From the NCBI RefSeq assembly GCF_006345805.1, contig NW_021832630.1, forward strand, positions 1-30,328: a DNA stretch of 30,328 nt, read 5' to 3'. Made by a program: the position numbers and the translations under genes. Positions 23,523 through 30,328 of the stretch are shown piece by piece (within the stretch, counting starts at the first letter, position 1; each line of letters starts with the position of its first letter). The notes under the pieces are model-generated. The model was not told where the DNA came from, ran no database searches, and was given only the letters and a program-made list of their open reading frames with translations. Source of the stretch: Octopus sinensis. Taxonomy: Eukaryota.

Positions 23523-23856
23523 TGCGTGGCACCTTGGGCAAGTGTCTTCTACTATAGCCTCGGGCCGACCAAAGCCATGTGAGTGGATTTTGTAGACGGA
23601 AACTGAAAGAAGCCAGTCGTATATATGTATATATATATATGCGTGTGTGTGTTTGTGTGTCTGTGTTTGTCCCCCTAGCATTGCTTGACAATCGATGCTG
23701 GCGTGTTTATGTCCCCGTCACTTAGCGGTTCGGCAAAAGAGACCGATAGAATAAGTACTGGGCTTACAAAGAATAAGTCCCGTGGTCGAGTTGCTCGATT
23801 AAAGGCGGTGCTCCAGCATGGCCGCAGTCAAATGACTGAAACAAGTAAAAGAGTAA
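23523..23856 (+). mobile_element. SINE family A, 5'-truncated
   Basis: Aligns to 24033-24365. Confidence 0.92.
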
Positions 23857-23875
23857 TACATATATATATATGATT

Positions 23876-23948
23876 GGTTTCGTGGTGTAGTGGTTATCAC
23901 GTCTGCTTCACACGCAGAAGGCCGCGAGTTCAAACCTCGCCAAAACCT
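23876..23948 (+). tRNA. tRNA-Val(CAC): tRNA-Val, anticodon CAC (23909-23911); gene or young pseudogene
   Basis: GGTTTCG TG GTGT AGTGGTTA TCAC G TCTGC TTCACAC GCAGA AGGCC GCGAG TTCAAAC CTCGC CAAAACC T. Perfect anticodon and T stems; one acceptor mismatch (C6:A67); atypical discriminator T. Confidence 0.88.
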
Positions 23949-23953
23949 AATAC

Positions 23954-23962
23954 TTTTCTTTT
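23954..23962 (+). terminator. Pol III T-run after tRNA
   Basis: ttttctttt a few nt downstream of the tRNA 3' end. Confidence 0.6.
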
Positions 23963-23965
23963 ATA

Positions 23966-24372
23966 GGCGCAGGAGTGGCTGTGTGGTAAGTAGCTTGCTA
24001 ACCAACCACATGGTTCCGGGTTCAGTCCCACTGCGTGGCACCTTAGGCAAGTGTCTTCTACTATAGCCTCGGGCCGACCCAAGCATTGTGAGTGGATTTG
24101 GTAGACGGAAACTGAAAGAAGCCCGTCGTATATATGTATATATATATATGCGTGTGTGTGTTTGTGTGTCTGTGTTTGTCCTCCTAGCATTGCTTGACAA
24201 CCGATGTTGGTGTGTTTATGTCTCCGTTACTTAGCGGTTCGGCAAAAGAGACCGATAGAATAAGTACTGGGCTTACAAAAGAATAAGTCCCGGGGTCGAT
24301 TTGCTCGATTAAAGGCGGTGCTCCAGCGTGGCCGCAGTCAAATGACTGAAACAAGTAAAAGAGTAAAAGAGT
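23966..24372 (+). mobile_element. SINE family A, full length (reference copy)
   Basis: A box tggctgtgtgg, B box ggttcagtcc, CORE-like ccttaggcaagtgtctt, internal (TA)/(TG)n, tail ggcggtgctccagc..ggccgcagtcaaatgactgaaacaag(taaaaga)n. Confidence 0.95.
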
Positions 24373-24865
24373 ATATACACATACATACATACACACAGTA
24401 TTTTCCAATACCATCAATAAAATGGTGTGAGTTAGTTTTGTTTGAAATAAGCACACCTCATCGTTACTATATTCATACATACTTTTATACATACTGACAT
24501 ACACACACATACATACACATACACATACATACACACATACATGCATGCGTGTATACTTACATACACGCACACACACACACATATATAAATGAATGTAGGA
24601 ATGTATAATGTCATAGCTACATTCACTTCATATATAAAGAAAAACTTGATGCATTTTATTGGTAGTATTGGAAAATTCAATGCTTTACTTTGATTTCGTA
24701 GTTGCATTCCGCCTGGAATCCTCGAATTATTATGGTTGACTATAAGTTTCCTGTCTTTGGTGAGAAATAAGAGATAGAATTGCCTAGTTCCTGGAATGAG
24801 AGGTATTCTAATGATACCTACCTGAAAGAAAACTTCAAAGTGTGAGGCTATGCATGTACGTACCT

Positions 24866-24949
24866 GTCTATGTATGTATGTATGTATGTATGTATGTATG
24901 TATGTATGTATGTATGTATGTATGTATGTATGTATGTATGTATCTATGT
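24866..24949. repeat. (TATG)n tract at 3' junction of RLE element
   Basis: Visible. Confidence 0.95.
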
Positions 24950-25764
24950 CAGTGTTCAGTCTTATTTCAAGACTTCTTGCCAATAGAGAAAGAGTCGGTT
25001 TCTAACCTAGATTAAAGGCTCCTTCATGGGAATTTCAATATCAATAACGTGGCATTTTTGTTTGTATGTTATATATGTATGTATATGTGCAGATTTGTAT
25101 GTTTTGCTTTATGTATGTATTCTCATGCATATAGTTACATATCCAGACATGCTATTATATATTCAAATGATAAACTCCTGGCAAGTTTTACAAATTCTTA
25201 CAGTTCCAGTGATGGATTGAATTTGTAGTCTTCGAATTAGCTTTCTCCTTTCTGGTTTTGAGAAGCCTAATTTCTCGAGATTGATATTCAGGCAGTGTGT
25301 TACATATCCCACGACCCCAACAATTACAGGTATAAACCTGAACTTGTAATCTGGATAGAGTATTTGCAGATTTCTCAATAGTTTAGCGTAGATATTCTCA
25401 TTTTCACTGATCTCCATCTTTATGTTAACATCCACTGGGCAGCTAATTTCTACAACTGTGCACAGTTTTTCTTCTCTATTCCAAATCATTATATCAGGTC
25501 TGTTGTGCTTACATTTTATTGAGGTCTTCACTGGAACATTTTTATAATGAGTGGCTATGACTTATACCATACTGTGGGTTCTTATTTCTTTGTCTTCGGG
25601 ATTATCTCTCATTACAGAACGTTCTAGCTACAACGTCATGTCTCATCGGTAGATAATACCGTGATAACATTTTCGGACATCTGTTTATGATGTGGATGAT
25701 ATCTTAGGTGTTAAATCCATAAAGTCTGCATCGGTTGTCACATTTTACTGCTTTCCGGCATCTC
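24950..25764 (-). mobile_element. 5'-truncated R4/Dong-clade non-LTR retrotransposon: CCHC knuckle, restriction-like endonuclease and 3' UTR
   Basis: CDNRCRLYGFNT*DIIHIINRCPKMLSRYYLPMRHDVVA (decayed CCHC); ORF 25163-25531 HNRPDIMIW...VVEISCPVD...ENIY..LL..L...Y....IPVIVG..G (PD..E.K-type RLE). Confidence 0.9.
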
Positions 25765-25865
25765 TATGTATGCATGCATGTATGTATGTATGTATGTATG
25801 TATGTATGTATGTATGTATGTATGTATGTATGTATGTATGTATGTATGTATGTATGTATGTATGT

Positions 25866-26059
25866 GTGCAAATTTGTGTGCTTTGCTTTATGTATGTATT
25901 CTCATGCATATAGTTGCATATCTAGAAATGCTCATATATATTTAAATGATAAACTTCTGGAAAGTTTTACAAATTTTTATAGTTCCAGTGATAGATAGAT
26001 TGGATCTGTAGTCTTCGAATTAGCTTTCTCCTTTCTGGTTTTGAGAAGCCTAATTTCTC
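25866..26059 (-). mobile_element. Third fragment of the same R4/Dong-like element (ORF end and part of 3' UTR)
   Basis: Aligns with 25085-25278; (TATG)n on both sides (25765-25865, 26060-26160). Confidence 0.88.
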
Positions 26060-26470
<411 letters not shown>

Positions 26471-26512
26471 TCTGCTTGTCTCTCTGTCTGTTAGTCTCTT
26501 ACACCGTTTGTT

Positions 26513-26715
26513 TTCCTTGTTTCAGTCTTTAGACCATGGCCATACTGGAGCATGGCTTTGAAGAGTTTGAGTCGAACGAATCGACCCCAGTACTTATTTT
26601 TTAAATGCTAGGTGCTCATTCTATCGGACTTTTATGCTGAGCCACCAAGATACTGGACATAAACACAGTAACACCGGTTGCCGAGCGGTGGTTAGGCCAA
26701 ACTCAGATACAAAAA
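26513..26715 (-). mobile_element. Diverged SINE family A variant, 3' part
   Basis: ttgtttcagtc...ggccatactggagca...gaatcgaccccagtactt...ttctatcgg. Confidence 0.75.
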
Positions 26716-26859
26716 CTCATGCACACATACACACACACGCACGCACCACACACACACACGTGCGCACACATGCACACAAACACACGCACACGCACATGAA
26801 GAAACATACACACATACATATATATACATACATACATATAAACTTAATATATATTATAA

Positions 26860-26930
<71 letters not shown>

Positions 26931-27022
26931 AAATATATATATATATATAATAAATATATAATATATATATCTATATATATCTAATAATTATATATAATAT
27001 AACTTATAATATATATATATGA

Positions 27023-27061
<39 letters not shown>

Positions 27062-27064
27062 GAT

Positions 27065-27425
27065 AGGCGGGGGAGTGGCACCTTGAGCAAGTGTCTTTTA
27101 CTATAGCCCCGGGCCGACCACAGCCTTGTGATTGAATTTGGTAGATGGAAACTGAAGAAGCCCGTCGTCGTCTATATGTATATATGTGTATATGTGTGTG
27201 TATATGTACGTGTGTCTGTATGTGTGTCCCCAACATCGCTTGACAACTGATGCTGGTATGCTTACGTCCCCGTTACTTAGCGGTTCGGCAAAAGAGACCG
27301 ATAGAATAAGTACCAGGCTTACAAAGAATAAGTCCTGGAGCCGATTTGCTCGACTAAAGGCGGTACTCCAGCATAGCCACAGTCGAATGACTGAAACAAG
27401 TAAAAGAGTAAGAGTAAAGAAAGAG
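27065..27425 (+). mobile_element. SINE family A with head deletion
   Basis: Aligns to reference copy. Confidence 0.9.
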
Positions 27426-27489
<64 letters not shown>

Positions 27490-27507
27490 CGTGTGCGTGT
27501 GTGTACG

Positions 27508-27890
27508 GACGATCCTGGAAGGGCTGGCGCCAACATTTGGTATTGAGAACTCTACCAGTCCCCGAACTGATCGTCACTGCACTCTTCCAAAGGTCTCAGC
27601 TATCCTGTCTCGAGCGAAGACCATGTACTGCAATAGTTTGGGCTTCAAGGGCGCACAGCTATTTAACACCTTTTTTTTATCATCTACTCTTCATGGAGTA
27701 GATGATTTCAAGAAACGACTTGACCTCCAAGGGTGCAGATGAACCAATACCAAGGCAAGAAACTCAAAAAGATGGCAGCAGACTCTCCTTCATCAAAAAC
27801 CCTAGTCACATAACATTGGCCATTGAAAGGGTGATTACACTGGCGGCGCTCCTGCACGGCTACAGCCTGAGGGATGAAACATGAAGAATA
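27508..27890 (+). mobile_element. CR1-clade LINE 3' fragment (related subfamily)
   Basis: ILEGLAPTFGIEN...RHCTLPKV...YCNSLGFKGAQLFN...FKKRLDL..DEP parallels the 3689-4100 copy; same tail type. Confidence 0.85.
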
Positions 27891-27897
27891 TATATAT

Positions 27898-28306
27898 ACT
27901 CTTTTTACTCTTTTACTCTTTTACTTGTTTCAGTCATTTGACTGCGGCCATGCTGGAGCACCGCCTTTAATCGAGCACTCGACCCCGGGAACTTATTCTT
28001 TTGTAAGCCAGTACTTATTCTATCGGTCTCTTTTGCCGAACCGCTAAGTAACGGGGACATAAACAAACCAGACTCGGTTGTCAAACAATGCTAGGGGGAC
28101 AAACAAGACACACAAAACACACACACGCATTATATATACATATACGACGGGCTTCTTTTCAGTTTCCGTCTACAAATCCACTCACAATGCTTTGGTCGGC
28201 CCGAGGCTATAGTAGAAGACACTTGCCCAAGGTGCCACGCAGTGGGACTGAACCCGGAACCATGTGGTGGTAAACAAGCTACTTACCACGCAGCCACTTC
28301 TGCGCC
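27898..28306 (-). mobile_element. SINE family A, full length
   Basis: Reverse complement of reference copy. Confidence 0.95.
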
Positions 28307-28322
28307 TATATATATATATTAT

Positions 28323-28412
28323 TAAATTAATAGAATGAGATAAAAATCCAAGGCTGTGAATGGCTTTCAGAACACAGCCTTGGATTTTTTTTTATATCAT
28401 TCTGTTAATTTA
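28323..28412. other. ~36 bp-arm hairpin with 14 nt loop
   Basis: taaattaatagaatgagataaaaatccaaggctgtg / cacagccttggat(t)n atatcattctgttaattta. Confidence 0.85.
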
Positions 28413-28577
28413 TATATGTATGCATGCTAATATACGACCTACGTTGGACTCCCCATTCGCTCATTATCGAACCTGGAGCTTAACTATAGTCTGTCCAAAG
28501 CACTTACTCAGCATTACCTGAACCTTTGAGTATTCTTGACACCAATCCCTCTCATAGCCTATATATATATATATATA

Positions 28578-28618
<41 letters not shown>

Positions 28619-28875
28619 GGAGATGTACTCGCATAGCAAGTGATTTGATCTGAGATCGTGTGCTGGAACGAAAACAATTGCAGCGTGGAAGGTGTTTGTA
28701 AGCATTTAAGAAACACACAAAAGCCGTTCGATTCACTTCAACATTTAAGTTTAATTTGTCAAAATATTTTCGTCGCTTAAGACCGCGACCTGTTCACTGA
28801 CAAAAATCCGTGCTGCATCTGCTGCATCTGATGGTGTGTGTTCTTAAATGGTACAAAAACACCTTCCACGCTGCA

Positions 28876-28880
<5 letters not shown>
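28619..28880 (-). mobile_element. Short Penelope-like tail element in (TA)n, with inverted end duplication
   Basis: 24 bp perfect inverted repeat 28674-28697 / 28857-28880 (about 45 bp imperfect) enclosing a hammerhead fold. Confidence 0.55.
28755..28804 (-). ncRNA. Minimal type-I hammerhead ribozyme, G3-C8 core variant
   Basis: TTTGTCA-GTGAACA-G-GTCGC-GGTCTTAA-GCGAC-GAAA-ATAT-T-T-TGACAAA: 7 bp stem I, 5 bp stem II, palindromic AATATT stem III. Confidence 0.65.
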
Positions 28881-28915
<35 letters not shown>

Positions 28916-28919
28916 TATA

Positions 28920-29036
28920 TCACGTGATCACGTGACTGACCAGACCATCAGATGTTGCAACACATCGCTGGTCACAATGCGTTCGCATTGTTTTAGCCTT
29001 CGAATAACGCCACCCCGCTGGCTAGCGAGCAGGCCA
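28920..29036. repeat. Structured repeat fragment, probably a SINE tail
   Basis: tcacgtga x2 palindrome, gaccag/ctggtc stem, acaatgcg-tt-cgcattgt hairpin. Confidence 0.45.
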
Positions 29037-29087
29037 ATATATATATAGATATATATATCTATATATATCTATATCTATATATCTATA

Positions 29088-29158
<71 letters not shown>

Positions 29159-29189
29159 TATACATCTACAAGATAATTATGTCCGGGCG

Positions 29190-29395
29190 TTTATATTGTT
29201 ATATTGCCACCGGTTCTAAAATCCGGGTCTGATATGTTGCGCCCCTTAATGCGTCAACACGTTGCGATTTGACACATAGAGATCGATAAAATAGGTAAGA
29301 GATTCAAATAAATACTGGGGTGGATATCATCCGCAAAAGCCCTTCAAATCGAGTGTTCCAGCATGGTCGCAGTCCAATGTGACAAACTAGTAAAA
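29190..29395 (+). mobile_element. Old degenerate SINE (B-like body, A-like tail)
   Basis: gatcgataaaataggta...tactggggtggat...ttccagcatggtcgcagtccaatg. Confidence 0.55.
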
Positions 29396-29774
29396 TTATA
29401 AAATATATACGTGCGGACGTGTATATATTTACACTCACATATATATTTTAGTATATCGCTAGTGCATATGGAGATATGTATGTAAGTGTTTGCCTGATGG
29501 ATTCTGCGTGTGTATATATGCATGTATGCATGCGAATGTGTATATCTCTTTGTATGTGTCTCTATCTATTTGTGCGAGTGTATTTGGCAATTAACAGTGT
29601 AACGGACTTGTATCGCTTATCTCACCCAGCATAAGTGTTGCCATATTACACGCAGTAAAGGGAGAGAAATGCTGTTGACTTGAAAGGTGTATCATCTGAG
29701 AATGTATCAACGCTTTTGAAGTGGAAGCGAATCACGGAATTTTCGGTCATATTTAACAACGCTCTGTTAGACAA

Positions 29775-30105
29775 TAATGATGATGATGAGGAGGAACATG
29801 ATCATCATGACCATCATCACCATCGTCGTCATCAATGTCATTATCATTTTATTATTATCATCATCGTCATCATCACTATGCAAATATTATCCCTCTCCTA
29901 CTCTCCCTCCTCCTCCTCCTCCTCCTCCTCCTCTTTCTATCTCCTTCCTTCTCCACTCTCTCCTTCCCCCTCCTCTCTCTCTTTTCCTCCTTCCTCTCTC
30001 CCTTCCACCTCCTCTCTCTCCCTCCTCTCTCTCTCTCGCCTCCCCTCTCTCCTTCCTCCCCCTCCTCCTCCTCATCATCATCATCAACATCATCATCAAA
30101 ATCGC
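29775..30105. repeat. (GAT/CAT)n and CT-rich low-complexity tract
   Basis: Visible. Confidence 0.9.
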
Positions 30106-30129
30106 CTCAATGACAGACCAAATGCTTAG

Positions 30130-30270
30130 TGGCGTTTCTGAGTTTAAATACTGTCTTTGCTTTCCATGCTTTCGGGGTCGATAAAATAAGTACGAATCAA
30201 AACTGTGGATGATGTAATCAACAACCCACCTCACACCGAATTTCAAGCCTTGTGCCTATACTAGAAAGGA
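30130..30270 (+). mobile_element. Degenerate SINE B-like copy
   Basis: ctgagtttaaat...gctttccatgctttcggggtcgataaaataagtac. Confidence 0.65.
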
Positions 30271-30302
30271 TTACTATTACTATTACTATTATTATTATTA
30301 TT

Positions 30303-30328
30303 GAGTGAGAGAGCAGTGCATGCCATCA
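30303..30328 (-). mobile_element. Family C 3' end, copy 3 (runs off window)
   Basis: (att)n-gagtgagagagcagtgcatgccatca identical to 13036 ff. Confidence 0.85.

Noticed and set aside
24689-24821. Candidate minus-strand exon (ttttctttcag acceptor, GTAAAG donor, VGIIRIPLIPGTRQFYLL...)
   Set aside because: Peptide not recognised and no partner exon; expected by chance in 30 kb. RNA-seq would decide.

Overview
Eukaryotic, AT-rich, repeat-saturated DNA. The SINE repertoire and microsatellite load suggest a coleoid cephalopod such as Octopus (inference from recalled repeat families). No host protein-coding gene can be supported, and almost every ORF in the track is a translation of microsatellites. 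Supported content: (i) about 19 tRNA-headed SINE copies from 4 families; (ii) two CR1-type LINE relics whose 3' stem-loop tail matches the commonest SINE; (iii) three pieces of an R4/Dong-type RLE retrotransposon, all joined to (TATG)n tracts; (iv) a Penelope GIY-YIG relic, plus a complete minimal type-I hammerhead-ribozyme fold with a G3-C8 swapped core at 28755-28804(-) and several decayed look-alikes; (v) a mariner-type MITE, a Helitron-like end, a ~200 bp inverted-repeat pair and a 298 bp direct-repeat pair; (vi) one tRNA-Val(CAC), an orphan 28S rRNA fragment and a pre-miRNA-sized hairpin. All alignments were done by eye, and family names need database confirmation.
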